Assembly (NCBI GenBank): GCA_951406725.2
Contig: OX597827.1
Coordinates: forward strand, 42,036,001 to 42,100,000
DNA: 64,000 bases
Reading direction: 5' to 3'
Source: Octopus vulgaris
Lineage: Eukaryota
Shown: piece by piece, positions 1 to 14,224 of the stretch
Numbering within the stretch: the first letter of the stretch is position 1
Layout: each line of letters begins with the position of its first letter
Translations under genes and position numbers: made by a program
The notes under the pieces: model-generated
The model's input: the letters and a program-made list of their open reading frames with translations, nothing else
Databases searched by the model: none
Told to the model about the DNA's origin: nothing

Positions 1-132
1 GTGTGTGTGTTAGGAGCGGAATAGGTAGAATTTAGGGAACATATGTTTCTTAACTAGCTGAAGTTGCTTATGACATTAGGTGGATTGCCTGGCGAATCAC
101 GTGTTGTTTATTTCTTACGGCGTTGTCAACTT

Positions 133-170
<38 letters not shown>

Positions 171-748
171 GCTGTTGCTGCTGCTGCTTTTCTAGTGTTG
201 TTGCTCCTGCTGCTGCTGCTGCTGCTACCAAAATGTCGCTTCATTGAGCTTCTTTGAACCAATGGAATGAGCAAGAAATAGCAGTCAAATCTCCACCAAA
301 CTGGTCATAATCAGAAACACGTTGGACGAAATGCCGCTTAGCATCTTGCCAGACGTGCTAACGATTCTGCCAGCTCGCCGCCTTAATGTAATCCTACATT
401 CCTGTCAGAATGACAGGATTGTCATGGCTGGGATGCCTTTGAACATAGATCTGCACACTCATGGCTGACACGTGACAACTACACAACAAACATTACCACC
501 ATCACCACCACCAAAACGACGAGGACGGCGATGACGACGACCACCATCACCGTCACCACCACTGCCGCCACCGCCACCACCACTACCACCAACACTACAT
601 TAAATAGTATTAATGAGGAAAAAAATAACTAATTTTCAAAATTAATTGATCAATTAATTAAGATCATTAAATATGTCAGACACTGGTGGTAGTGATAATC
701 ACCTGGCGGTAGTTATAGCAACGGTGCCAGTGCTAGTATAGGAGGTAA

Positions 749-801
<53 letters not shown>

Positions 802-1397
802 AGAATGTTGGTATTATATTCATTATTGAAGGCGCGTATTTTTTCTTCCATTATCCAATCTACTTTCGCATATTCGGTTTCTTGGCAAAGGACCGTACAC
901 CGAATCCACTTATATAACAATAATATAACCATTATGTTACATCATTATTATAATCTGTTATAAGATTATAATAATCTTGAAGAGATTATCATAATCTTGC
1001 TGATTGAGCCGTTGAACCGTTATCTTGCTGGTTGAACCGTTATCACGCCGGAGTAAATGCTCAGCGACCCGTTTTTACGTTCTGAGTTCAAATTCCACCG
1101 AGGTTGACTTTGTCTTTCATCCCTTCAAGATCAAAGAAACATGTGAGTTTGATGCAATCGACTCACACCCACCCCAAAAGTTTCTGCCTTGTGCCTCTAG
1201 TAGAGAGGATTGTTATAACCTGTTTCTTCATAAAGAGTGAAGTGGCTGTGTGGTAAGTAGCTTGCGTACGAACCACATGGTTCCGGGTCCAGTCCCACTG
1301 CGTAGCACCTTGGACAAGTGTCTTCTGCTATAGCCTCAGGCCAACCAAAGCCTTTTGAGTGGATTTAATAGACGGAAACTGAAAGAAGCCCGTCGTA

Positions 1398-1423
<26 letters not shown>

Positions 1424-1428
<5 letters not shown>

Positions 1429-1690
1429 TAGAAGAAATGAGGTACTCAGAAAATCGGATGGTTTATATTTACAGATATTTATTTGTATATTACATTTTTT
1501 ATACATCATATAGGTGAAGTTTGATTTGAAAACCCCACTAGAATGGGAGAAAGCGCTAATACTTGATCTAAGTGATATGATGTATAAAAAATGTAATATA
1601 CGAATAAATATCTGTAAATATAAACCATCCGATTTTCTGAGTACCTCATTTCTTCTAATATAAAATACATGTACATCATCTCCAAACTTT
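1424..1690. mobile_element. Palindromic non-coding element, family P1 (Penelope-like terminus?)
   Basis: Inverted arms 1424-1511 and 1575-1662; homologous to the 28908-29304 element; inserted in (TA)n. Confidence 0.8.
1521..1560 (+). ncRNA. Hammerhead-like motif, U3:A8 variant
   Basis: TTGAAAA-c-CCCA(ctagaa)TGGG-a-GAAAGCGCTA: core-like heptamer, stem II, GAAA and palindromic stem III AGCGCT. Stem I is weak. Confidence 0.4.
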
Positions 1691-1733
1691 GCCCCAGCAT
1701 GGCCACAGCTCATGAGCTGAAACTAGAATCAAT

Positions 1734-1771
<38 letters not shown>

Positions 1772-2117
1772 TTCATATATACATAAAGAGACCGATAGAA
1801 TAAGTGCTGGGCTACGATTTGCTCGACTAAAGGCGGTGCTCCAGCACGGCCACAGTCAAGTGACTGAAACAAGTAAAAGAGTAAAAGACGCCACAGTTTG
1901 AAGCGTTTCAGTTTCTTCCTTAGAGCTTGAAATTAGATTGCATTCCGTTTGTGTTGCTTTTCATTCTTCGCATATTTTGGATACTTTAGCTAATTCTGAC
2001 GCATCTACTGGTGGTGGCGGTGGCAGCAGTGGTGGTGATGGTGATGATGGTGGTCGTCGTCGCCGTCTTCGTCGATTTGGTGGTGGTGGTGGTGGTGGTG
2101 GTGGTGCATACATGCAT

Positions 2118-2157
<40 letters not shown>

Positions 2158-2178
2158 ATGTGGATTATTATACTACTA

Positions 2179-2588
2179 AGTGGCCGTGTGGTAAGTAGCT
2201 TGCTAACCAGCCACATGGTTCCGGGTTCAGTCCCACTGCGTGGCATCTTGGGCAAGTGTCTTCTGCTATAGCCCCGGGCCGACCAATGCCTTGTGAGTGG
2301 ATTTGGTAGACGGAAACTGAAAAGAAGCCTGTCGTATATATGTATATATATATATATGTATGTGTGTGTATGTGTTTGTGTGTCTGTGTTTGTCTCCCTA
2401 GCATTGCTTGACAACCGATGCTGGTGTGTTTATGTCCCCGTTACTTAGCGGTTCGGCAAAAAGAGACCGATAGAATAAGTACTGGGCTTACAAAAGAATA
2501 AGTCCCGGGTTCGAGTTGCTCGATTGAAGGCGGTGCTCCAGCATGGCCGCAATCAAATGACTGGTAAAAGAGTAAAAGAGTAAAAGAG
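2179..2588 (+). mobile_element. SINE family A, near full length
   Basis: Consensus head, internal (TA)/(TG) tract and (GTAAAAGA)n tail; TACTAA on both flanks is a possible TSD. Confidence 0.85.
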
Positions 2589-3057
2589 TACTAAAAAGCT
2601 CTGTGGACATTTTACTTTTTATTTTTTATGACTGAGCTCAAACACTTTTTGCCTTGCATAATTACTTTATACAATTGTCCGTACATACGCAGATACGCGC
2701 ACAGACTCACGCAAATACGCTCATAAAAACTGCTTGTCGAAAATCCATACATGCCCACATAGACAATAAAAAGCAAATTGTATATGATGCGCTCTTACAT
2801 CTGAGCTCTTTGATCAGAACAGTATTTCTTCTAAGAAATATCAGCCGCCTTACTTATTAGCGTTCGCATTATGCAACATGCTTCATTTTTTTCTTGACAA
2901 AGTGCACCTATCCGAAACGTTAAGTTTCTTCTGTTTCTTCTTATCTTGTCTTTAACGTCTGCTGCTTTTTCCATTGTTATTGTTGTTGATGCTGCTGCTG
3001 TTGTTGTTCCTTTGCGGAATGTCAAGCTTGATCAAACAGATCTATATATGATATAAG

Positions 3058-3360
3058 TGGAGGCACATGGCATAGTGGGTAGAATAGCGGACTCTCGGTC
3101 GAGGAATCACGGGTTCGAATCTCAGACCGGGCAATGTGTGTGTTTATGAGCGAAACAACTAAGTTCCACGCGGCTCTGGCAGAAGGTAATGGCGAACTTC
3201 TGCTGACTCTTTTGCCACAACTTTCTCTCACTCTTTCCTCCTACATCTCGCAGCTCACCTGCGACAGGCCGGCGTCCCGTCCAGGTGGGGAACCTAAACG
3301 CGAATGAAACTGGGAAACCGGCCCTTATGAGCCAGGCTTAGCTCGAAAAGGATCAAACAA
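3058..3360 (+). mobile_element. SINE family D (tRNA-like head)
   Basis: GGAGGCACATGGCATAGTGG (A box) and GGTTCGAATCT (B box); homologous to 45183 and 54917; (CAA)n tail. Confidence 0.65.
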
Positions 3361-5166
3361 AAACAACAACAACAACAGCAACACCAACATATATGATATA
3401 ATGTAATCCGTTTCAGCCATGACTGTCCCATCAGTTTTTGGATACAGGACAATATGAATCCACTGCTTTCCTTCTATTTACAAAAATTAAAACAACAATA
3501 AGAGAGGATAAGATGTTATTGAGGTGCATTAGCTGTTATTTCTAGAATGTCTGGTGATCAAGCATAGGCTCCTGCTTGAAGATGTGGCTCGTAATGATGT
3601 AAAGCAGGAAGTATGAATTGTACAGTTGTTATTATTGCTATTGTTTTTGTTTAACCTTCAGATCAACTCGATCGAGCAAACTTACAGTAAGATGATTTCC
3701 ATCCATGACCATCAGTCATCAGCTTTTATTCAGACATAGTACACCAAGGGTAACATCATTCAGATCGACCTTCCTGCTTCGTAAATCACCAGCGTATGAC
3801 TTCTAGCACGATTATCGACCGTGTACGGGCTTTTTCATTATCACATCATGTAACGGTGAATGGTGGAGGTGTTACTAATGGTGTTGCTGGCGGTGTATTA
3901 ATGGGGACGCGGCGATGGTGGTGGTGTTGGTGGTAGTGGTGGTAGTAGGAGTAGTAGCTACGGTGGTAGTTTTGGTGGTGACGGTGATGCTGGTAGTTCA
4001 AGCAGTGATGAACATTGATATTGATGCTGTTGGGAAAATGGTGGCGATGGTTTTGGTTGTGGTGAGGATACTGACTGTGGTAGTGGTAATGCTGTGGGAG
4101 GAGGTACTAGTAATAGTATTAGGATTGTCGGTGGTGTAGTTGGTGGTTGTCACTAGCGTTGATGTTGTTGTTGATGGTGGTGAAGATGGTAGTGGTGGCA
4201 GAAGTAGTAAATGTACTGCTTGTAGTAGTACTGGTAGTAGTAGAGGTGGTAGTAGTAATGGTGGCGGTGGTGGTAACGGGGTTGTGTTGGTCGCTGTAGT
4301 CTTCATAGAGACAATGGTGGTGGTGGTAATGGCGATGTAGTTAATGATGATGGTGGTGGTAGTGGTTGCGGTGATAGTGGTAGTGGTGGTCGTGGCAGGG
4401 TTGGGTGAAGTAATAATCTTTTATTAATGCGGCCATGATGCTTAATTTCTTCAAATAATTGTCGCACACAAACGCATCCCACCACCCTACTTTCCTGCTG
4501 CACTCCCTCCCTTCCTCCGCACCAAATAATCGAACAAACAAACAAAGTAAAAATGACAGAAGGAAAGAAAGACGAAAAGATATAAACAAACAAACAAACA
4601 AACACGCAAACAAATAAATAAATAACTGATGAGACAAAGAAAAGGAACGAGAGAGCGAAAACTCGGTTCAAATGATAAAGATGAATAAATTAAAGCAAAA
4701 ATGAAAAAAAAAATAATGAAAATAATTATATAGCCTCAAAAAGACACCACCCACACCACACAACAACAATAACAATAACATCAAAAACAAATACAACGAA
4801 ACAAAAACCACAATGATACCAACATATGTAGACTTAAGATTAATATTGTTTTTGTGAATGGTGTATGTTTGTGTGTGCGTGTGGGGGCATATGTGTATGA
4901 ATGTGTGTGTGTGTGTGTATGTGGATGCATGTGCGCGCGTGTCTGTGTGGGTATGTGTGAGTGTGTGAGTGTGTGAGCGTGTGTGGGTGTGTAACCCAAA
5001 ATCTGTACGTGAATCAATGTGTATGTTTAGTTATATACATGGAGATTTTTTACGTGTATTTGGGGGGGGGGGTGCACGTACGTGTCTATGTGTGGGAATG
5101 CGCATGTGTCGGCATTTCTGGACGTGTCTCTCTGTATAATAACAAAAATAAGGATGATAATAATTA

Positions 5167-5224
<58 letters not shown>

Positions 5225-5240
5225 TCTTCTTCTTCTTCTT

Positions 5241-5336
<96 letters not shown>

Positions 5337-5348
5337 ATAATAATAATA
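5167..5348. repeat. Compound trinucleotide microsatellite (CTA)n/(TTC)n/(TAA)n
   Basis: Seen directly in the sequence. Confidence 0.95.
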
Positions 5349-5575
5349 ACACAACTACGAGCATATGGTATACAGTGCCCAGGTGGACGTGCCTGGGTGG
5401 TTATGTATAGGTATATATATATATATACCTATATATATGTATATATATAAATATGTATATGTATATATATAGGTATATATACATACATGTATACATATAT
5501 ACATACATATATATGTATATACATAATCATTCGTATATATATATGGATAATTAAGAATACATTTATATACAAACG

Positions 5576-5634
<59 letters not shown>

Positions 5635-5674
5635 TTGTGTGAGTGTGTATTATGTAAATATAAGTAAACTTGTG

Positions 5675-5732
<58 letters not shown>

Positions 5733-6034
5733 TGCATGCACCTACGTATTTGTGTGGTTAATGCACGTGTATGTGTGTATATGTACTTACACGTATATGT
5801 TTGTCTGCGTGTGTATGTGGTAGTTTTTGTATGTATATTTGTGTATATGTTTGCATGTATGTGTCGCAAATAACATGGGTAATTAACTTAGCGTTTTCAT
5901 ATTTTTTGTTAAATATGTGCGTACGTTGCTGTGCGTATTGCATATCATTGCGTATAAATATTTCTGTGAAGTTATTAATGTATAGATATTCGCATATGTG
6001 TACATGCATAGATATGTTTATATGTGTAGGCATA

Positions 6035-6073
<39 letters not shown>

Positions 6074-6162
6074 TATACATGCATTAGTTACATATATATA
6101 TATACATGCATTAGATATATATATACAATACATAAATATATATATATGTATATATATATGCC

Positions 6163-6217
<55 letters not shown>

Positions 6218-7080
6218 GCATACATACAGACACACACACCTATATATACACACATATATATACCTATATACATGCATATATGTATATAAATACATGCATA
6301 CATATTTATATTTACATATACTTATATATACATACACATATGTATATATACACATAAATACATACATACATACATATATATATATATTTATACACACACT
6401 CACACACACACACACACATATATTTATATATATATATATATATATACAGATGTGTGTGTATGTGTCTGCGTAGGTATTCGTATGTGTATGAAGGTATAAT
6501 TGGTTACACGTATCCATATATACGTGAAAGTGTATTATGAATTTGTGCGCATGCGTACCCATAACTGCGTAACTGTCTACATATGTGCCTGAACATGGCT
6601 GCATATGTATATGGACCACCGTAATGTAGTATGCATGAGTATGAGACAATGTTTGCATTGTTTTCTCGTCCATTGCTTTCTATTTTTCCTCTTGTATTCT
6701 AATTGATTTCACTGTAATTCTAGACGTGTCAGGGTTGAATAATTTTTACTCTAAAAGTATTTAACGCTAATCTTATCAAAAGTTACAACCATAACACAAG
6801 CCACCGGCAGCTACGCCTGCATAAAGTCCGCCACCGAAAAGCACAAAAGTACAGCGCCATCAGAACCCACCACCACCACCACCAGCGATAACAACGACGA
6901 CGACGACGATGACAATGCTATAAACACCACGGCAACAATTAACAACGCCACACTTAGTCATGCACACGAATCCACCACCACAACCTCCACAATTAAAACG
7001 ACGACGACAACCACTACCACCACCACTACCAATACCAACTGCAACGCCAGCACCACTATCACAATGACCACCATTAACAA

Positions 7081-7129
<49 letters not shown>

Positions 7130-7159
7130 GTAATAATAATAAAAAATAAAAAAAAAAAA

Positions 7160-7502
<343 letters not shown>

Positions 7503-7524
7503 AGAGAGAAGAAGAAGAAGATTA

Positions 7525-9062
7525 TTGAATGCCTTTAGTCTCACACAATCCTGAAGTTAATACAAAATTCAATGACAACATGGCAAACTGAACTCACAGC
7601 ATGGGGAGATAAGCTGGGAGAGGTAAATATCAAAAGAGTAATCTTCCAAAGGTGACAGTCTGTCACCTCTCCTATTTGTTGCCTCTATACTGCCACTAAC
7701 AAGCGTTTTAAGGAAGATGCGTGTGGGGTACATGCTAGGCTGGGTGAAAGTAAACAACCTGTTGTTTATGAGCGTTTGACGTCAACTGTGCAGATGATTC
7801 GCAAAGATATTGGCATGGAATCTGGGATCGAGAAATGTGGTGTAATGATTCTCAAAATGGGGAAAATCAGTAAAAGCCATGTGATCAAGCTAGAAAGTGG
7901 TGAAATATAAAGGAAGCTGGAGAGGATGGATATAAGTACCTGGGTATCATTGAAAGAGATCAGATGAATGAACACAAGATGGAAGAAATATACAGGAAAG
8001 GGTATTTGAGGAGAATTCGGCTTGTGCTCCAATCAAAGCTAAATGGTCGTCATAAAATTAGAGCAATTAACACGTGGGCAGTTGCTTTGATGAGATATGG
8101 GGCAGGAATAGTATCTTGGAAGAACCATGAATTACCAGAGATAGACCAGAAAATACATAAATTAATGACAATGAACAAGGAACGACACCCTAAGAGTGAT
8201 GTGTCAAGATTGTATGTAAAGAGGAAGGAAGGAGAACGGGTATTAGTGTGTAAGGGAAGAGGAGAATAGCCTGGCTTGGTATGTCAAGGGGTGTAAAGAA
8301 GAAATGATTGAATCAGTGAAAATGCAGAGAATCTTAAAATGAACGAAGCCGTAGATCCAACACAATTTCGGAAGACCAGTGAGAACAGATGAAGAAAATT
8401 TAGCAGGACAAGAAAATGCACAGTCAGTTCTTGAAGAGTAAGGATGAGATTGATCGGAATAGAACCTGGCAATGGCTGCAGAAAGGAGACTTAAAAGGTC
8501 CCACTGAGGCATTAGTGTACAGCACTCAAGAAGTTCTCAGAACAAACTACTCCAAGTATCACATTGATAAAAGCACTGATTCGCCACAGTGTATGATGTG
8601 CTCTGACATGGGATAAAATATAAACCATATTGTTAGTGTGTGCTGTAAGTTTGCACAACGCGAGTATAAAAGGGGACACTGTTGTGGGTTGTGGGGTAAA
8701 GCTAACCTCGAGAGAACCGAACAATGGTATGAACACAAGCCAGAGGGAGTAAAGCAAAACGAAGTACCAGGGCCTAGCTATTGAATTACAGAGGCTATGA
8801 AAAGTGCAGATAAATATTATCCCAGCAGTTGTAGGTGCATTGGAAACTATCCTTAAAGACCTGAACAGATAGATAGAGGAAATAGGCATAAAACTCAGTT
8901 TAGTACAGCTGTAGAAAACAGTGTTATTAGGGACAGCTAGGATACTTAGGAGGGTTCTTGGCATCTAAGTTTACTTGTTGTGGGCCGACAGGAGGGTTCT
9001 TGGTATCTAAGGTTACTTGATATAGCCCGATGTTAAGATTTTTTTCTTTTCCAGTGTATATG
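7525..9062 (+). pseudogene. Decayed R4/Dong-clade non-LTR retrotransposon (RT, CCHC knuckle, C-terminus)
   Basis: Motifs IFQGDSLSPLLF, YKYLG, INTWAVALMRYGAG, CMMC...NHIVSVC and KTVLLGTARILRRVL, with stops and frameshifts; ends in (TAA)n. Confidence 0.85.
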
Positions 9063-9127
<65 letters not shown>

Positions 9128-10150
9128 TGACAACATCATCACCATCATTACGTCGCCATCACTAATACAACCATTAGCAACACCGTCATCATCACCGCCG
9201 ACACTATCACCACTATTATCACTACTATCACCACCCCTGCCATTAGCAATATCATCATCATCATTATCCTCCCCTCCTCCTCCTCCTCCTCATCATCATC
9301 ATCATGTTATCGTCATCAACGTCACCACCATCAATACTAACAGCATTATGTACATGAAAAAAACTTATCGAGACACCTACCACCAACACTACAGCAATTC
9401 TCGTCACCACCGCTGTCATCAACACCAATACCTCCAGTAACAGCAACATAACACACAGCATCACCAGTGACACCTTAAGAAATAAATACCGCCAGGTGTC
9501 ACTCGCGTGTGAGTACGGCTTCACGGCATGTCCCATGCTTTCGTTAACTGTTTTAGATGCCTTGTCACCTTGGCCCCAACAGAACGTCTAAGTAGTGACA
9601 ACTTGAGGAAGAAAGAGAACTCTGGCAGCTCCTCTGTTGCTACTCATTTACCACTGAATAGGACACCTCGTGCCGTCCGATCCAGGAATCGAACCCATGA
9701 CGTTAAGATCGTGAGCCGAATACGCTAAACTTGGAGCCATGCGACTACTCAACACAATAACTATAAGTTAATGACAAAACCCATGTTTGTTTGTTTCATC
9801 TACTGAGAATAACGGCCGTATCTTCTGCGCGTCAAGCTCACTCTACACTAGGTTTAACACTAAGGGCAATAATACATCCTTCAACGCGACAAGTGGTATG
9901 AAAAAGCGTTTAATTTTCCATAGAAAACGATTTCCGTCGCAACACTTAACCCTGAAATTCTGCCTCATCCTGAAACTTACTCTGTGCCTTCAGGATTCTT
10001 CTTAACGTTGAACATTCTCGATAATCTGAACATAAACGAGTTACAGTTCTATATTTAAGAGATGAGGAATTATGTACATTATTTACATTATTGACATTAT
10101 TGACATTATTTACATTCGACGGATATTTGTCCTCATCTTGTTTGTTGTTA

Positions 10151-10194
10151 ACACAACGTTTCGGCTTATATACCCTCCAGCCTTCTTAAGGTGT
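10151..10194 (-). ncRNA. Degenerate minimal type I hammerhead in a Penelope-like fragment (about 10040-10194)
   Basis: Minus strand ACAC-CTTAAGA-a-GGCT...AGCC-GAAACGTT-GTGT. Stems I and II are intact; core G5 is mutated. Confidence 0.5.
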
Positions 10195-10197
10195 ATG

Positions 10198-10497
10198 CGC
10201 GTGAGGCGCGTGGCTTAGTTGTTAGGACATTCGGCTCACGATTGTAAGGTAATGTGTTCGATTCCCGACGACGCGTTGCGTCCTTGAGCAATATACTTTA
10301 TTTCACGTTGCTCCAGTCCACTCAGCTGGCAAACATGAGTTGTACCTGTATTTCAAAGTCTGGCCTTGTCAAACTCTGTGTCATGCTGAATCTCCCTGGG
10401 AACTACGTTGGGGGTACACGTTTCTGTGGATTGCTCAGTCATTGCACGTTAATTTCACGAGCAGGTTGTTCCGTCGATCGGATCAACAGAGTGCTCC
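10198..10497 (+). mobile_element. SINE family C
   Basis: GAGGCGCGTGGCTTAG...TTCGATTCC head and core CACGTTGCTCCAGTCCACTCAGCTG shared with 41373, 48020 and 52205. Confidence 0.7.
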
Positions 10498-10584
10498 ATT
10501 TTATGTACGTATGTACTTACGTAAGTATGTATGCATGTATGTAAGTATGTTTGTATCAGTATAGCCCATATATATATATGCGTG

Positions 10585-10870
10585 CGTGTACTTATTTCTA
10601 AAAACTTGGTACTTATTCTATCGGTCTCTTTTACATGTAAACACACAAACACCGCCTGTCAAGTGGTGGTTGGACAAGCAAACGCGAAGACACCCACACC
10701 CACATGTCTATACGACAGGCTTCTTTCAGTTTCTGCCTTCCAAATCCACTCACAAAGCCCTGGTCGGCTCGGGGCTATAGTAGAAAACATTTGCCCAAGG
10801 TTCCACGCAGTAGGACTGAACCCAGAACTATATAGTTGGGAAGAAACTATCTTACCACACAGTCACACTT
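10585..10870 (-). mobile_element. SINE family A, diverged
   Basis: Reverse complement of the family A consensus. Confidence 0.7.
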
Positions 10871-11131
10871 GCACTTGTCCACAAAGCCACACCTGCACGT
10901 ATATGACAGTTTATCAATTTCCTTTAGTTTTACACAATCGTCTGATCGTCTGATAGAGTTTACCCTCCATTAAGATTCAGTCACTTTTTTTAAGTGGTGT
11001 TCGAGAACAATGTCTGGCGTTTTATCCTTGAACTCTGTATCTGTGTCGATTTGCCACATCCCAGATCATGTAGTCACTTTTTCATTCTTGTGTATGTGTA
11101 CGCCATCATTTTCAATTAGTATTTCAGTATA

Positions 11132-11524
11132 GGCGCAGGAGTGGCTGTGTGGTAAGTAGCTTGCTAACCAGCCACATGGTTCCGGGTTCAGTCCCACTGC
11201 GTGGCATCTTGGGCAAGTGTCTTCTGCTATAGCCCCGGGCTGACCAATGCCTTGTGAGTGGATTTGGTAGACGGAAACTGAAAGAAGCCTGTCGTATATA
11301 TGTATATATATATATATAAGTGTGTGTGTTTGTCCCCCTAGCATTGCTTGACAACCGATGCTGGTGTGTTTACGTCCCCGTCACTTAGCGGTTCGGCAAA
11401 AGTGACCGATAGAATAAGTACTGGGCTTACAAAGAATAAGTCCCGGGGTAGATTTGCTAGACTAAAGGCGGTGCTCCAGCATGGCCGCAGTCAAATGACT
11501 GAAACAAGTAAAAGAGTAAAAGAG
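11132..11524 (+). mobile_element. SINE family A, full length (young)
   Basis: GGCGCAGGAGTGGCTGTGTGGTAAG...GGTTCCGGGTTCAGTCCC...GTAAAAGAG; nearly identical to 26772-27202. Confidence 0.9.
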
Positions 11525-11639
11525 AGTGTGCATGACAGCCCCCAACTCTTATATTTACAGATATATTTACCAATGCCATTGTTTATTCCTTAATAAACAA
11601 TAGCCCTGTTCGAGCAGATTTATGATTAGAGTCTCAACC

Positions 11640-11871
11640 TATTTCTTTATTACCCACAAGGGGCTAAACACAGAGGGGACAAACAAGGACAGACATAGGT
11701 ATTAAGTCGATTACATCGACCCCAGTGCGTAACTGGTACTTAATTTATCGACCCCGAAAGGATGAAAGGCAAAGTCGACCTCGGCGGATTTTGAACTCAC
11801 AACGTAACGCAGACGAAATACCGCTAAGCATTTCGCCCGGCGTGCTAACGTTTCTGCCAGCTCGCCGCCTT
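11640..11871 (-). mobile_element. SINE family B, full length
   Basis: Head GGCGGCGAGCTGGCAGAAACG and central GAGGTCGACTTTGCCTTTCATCC...GGTCGATAAATTAAGTACC (resembles the MetaSINE core as I recall it). Flanked by ATTAGAGTCTCAACC at 11625 and 11883. Confidence 0.85.
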
Positions 11872-11884
11872 CTAGACTCCAAAT

Positions 11885-12046
11885 TAGAGTCTCAACCGTC
11901 TCGCCTTTCAAAAAAAATTGTCTACTTAGGATTGTATTTTCTGATGTGTCCTTCCCATCTTTAAGTAGAGTCTCAACCGTCTCGCCTTTCAAAAAAAATT
12001 GTCTACTTAGGATTGTATTTTCTGATGTGTCCTTCCCATCTTTAAG
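11885..12046. repeat. Perfect 81-bp tandem duplication
   Basis: 11885-11965 is identical to 11966-12046. Confidence 0.9.
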
Positions 12047-12194
12047 TCGATGAGATGGGATTTAGAGGTTGATTTTGCTGCTATTTGTAGCGAGGCAATT
12101 GACCACGTTGAGACAGATTGTTTTTATTAATTCGCTCTTATTGATTTTCATGCCAACGCTGTTGCTTCCTCCCAATCCTGCCCCCTCCTCCTCT

Positions 12195-12372
12195 TTCTTC
12201 TTCTTTCTTCTTCTTCTTCTTTTTCTTTTTCTTCTTCTTCTTCTTCTTCTTCTTCTTCTTCTTCTTCTTCTTCTTCTTCTTTTTTCTTCTTCTTTTTCTT
12301 TTCTTCTTCTTCTTCTTTTTCTTCTTCTTCTTCTTCTTCTTCTTATTCTCCTTCTTCTTCTTCTTCTTCTTC
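12195..12372. repeat. (TTC)n microsatellite
   Basis: Seen directly in the sequence. Confidence 0.95.
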
Positions 12373-12945
12373 CATTAGTTGTCGTTACGTGACGTTAAAG
12401 TCAAGCAATGTGTTTTTTTTTTTTTTTTTGCTGCTTTTAAATTTATTGTTTCCTCGTGATTGATGTTGTCCTTTTTTGTTGCGTTGCTGTTTAATTAATA
12501 GAAGTTGTTTGTTGCTGATCGGTGATATCTTTGTTGTTGTTTTTGTTGTTGTTGCTGTTGCTGCTACTGTTGTAGTTTAGTATTTTTGTTCTTGTGTCAT
12601 TTCCAACTTCTTTCTCTGAAACTCACAGAAAATCGTATTCTAAATACATTCTCAGTTAGATTTCGTGATTCAAGTTCGCCTTGCCGCTTGCTTTTTTTTT
12701 TTCCTTTTACATGTTCTCCAGAATATTCACCATGTGTTTATTTATTTATTTCTTTAGTTATAGTTGTTGTTGTTATTCTTTTATTTATTTTTTTGTTTGT
12801 GAAAATTTATTACATGTCAAAAGGATTAACTATGTGTGTGGGTGAATATTTCTGGGATCCTAATTGAGCGTGTGTGTGTGATTGTGTATATGTTCGTACA
12901 TAATGTGTCTGTATGTATGTGATCATGCGTGTGTTTGTGCATGTG

Positions 12946-13049
<104 letters not shown>

Positions 13050-13319
13050 TGTGTGTGTACTTGTGTGTCTGTGTTCTGAAACAATAGTAAAATTTGGTGG
13101 CATGGCCAAATGGTTAGATAAGTTCGCTTCTTAATCACGAGGTTTAAGTTTCGAAATATTATTCCATAACACACTTCATCAGTCCAGTGTTTTCTACCAA
13201 AGCCTGCACGGGGTCGATGGCTGTTGTGCCAAACGCACATGAAAGAACGTATGCGGAAATACTTCGAATACTGTGTAATTCAAAGGGCCACAGTTATCTC
13301 CAGTTGTTATAGTCTTTTC

Positions 13320-14222
13320 TACTATAAGCACAAGGCTTCAAATTTTTTCGGGGAGGAGTCAGTCGATTGCTTCGACTCCCAATGCTTGACTAGTACTCTT
13401 TTCCCCGACCCCAAAACGATGATAGGCAAAGCCCACCTCGGCGGAATTTGAACTCAGAACATAAAGACGGACGAAATACCTATTTCTTTGCTACCCACAA
13501 GGGGCTAAACACAGAGAGGACAAACAAGGACAGACAAGCAGATTAAGTCGATTATATCGACCCCAGTGCGTAACTGGTACTTATTTAATCAACCCCGAAA
13601 GGATGAAAGGCAAAGTCAACCTCGGCGGAATTTGAACTCAGAACGTTGCGGCAGGCGAAATACGGCTAAGCCTTTCGCCCGGTATACTAACGTTTCTGCT
13701 AGCTCGCCGCCTTAAATACCGCTAAGCATTTCGTACAGCGTGCTAATCTAAATATTATAACTTTTAGTATAAGCACAAAACCTGGAAGTTTGTGGGGAGA
13801 GCGAGGCTCAATTACATAGACCCCATTACTCAATTGGTACTTATTTTATCGACCCCCAAAAGTTGAAAGGAAATATTTGAACCTCGGCGGAATTTGAACC
13901 TCAGCGGTATTTGAATTTAGAATAAAAAGACAGACGAAATGCTGCTAAACATTTTGTGCGACGTTTAGGCGATTCTGCCAGCTCGTCGCCTTATCTCAGA
14001 CTAGTAACGGTTTCGAATTTTGGCACAAAGCCAGCAAGTTCAGGGGACGGTATAAATCGATTACATAGACCTCCAGCGTTCAACGTCTATTTATTTTATC
14101 GATCCCCGAAAGAAATTTATGGCAAAGCTGACCTTGGTAGAGTTTGGAGTCACAACGTAAAGACGGACATAATGACGCTAAGCATTTCATCGGCGTACTA
14201 ACGTAACGATACCGCCAGCTCA
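13320..14222 (-). mobile_element. Cluster of 4-5 head-to-tail or nested SINE B copies
   Basis: Repeated CCCCGAAAGGATGAAAGGCAAAGTCGACCTCGGCGGAATTTGAAC-like blocks of varying divergence. Confidence 0.8.
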
Positions 14223-14224
14223 CC

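Larger units (their letters stand above)
1236..1888 (+). mobile_element. SINE family A (tRNA-like head, internal TA/TG microsatellite), split by a palindromic element
   Basis: 5' half GTGGCTGTGTGGTAAG...GGTTCCGGGT at 1236-1397; 3' half GAGACCGATAGAATAAG...AAGTAAAAGAG at about 1788-1888. Matches many other copies in the window. Confidence 0.8.

Noticed and set aside
3860-4420. Gly/Val/Thr-rich ORFs resembling low-complexity proteins
   Set aside because: Degenerate (GGT)/(AGT) trinucleotide tract with no splice or domain evidence.
11132-11205. tRNA-like sequence with A and B boxes (also other SINE heads)
   Set aside because: It continues into a SINE body in many copies and has no proper cloverleaf; not a tRNA gene.
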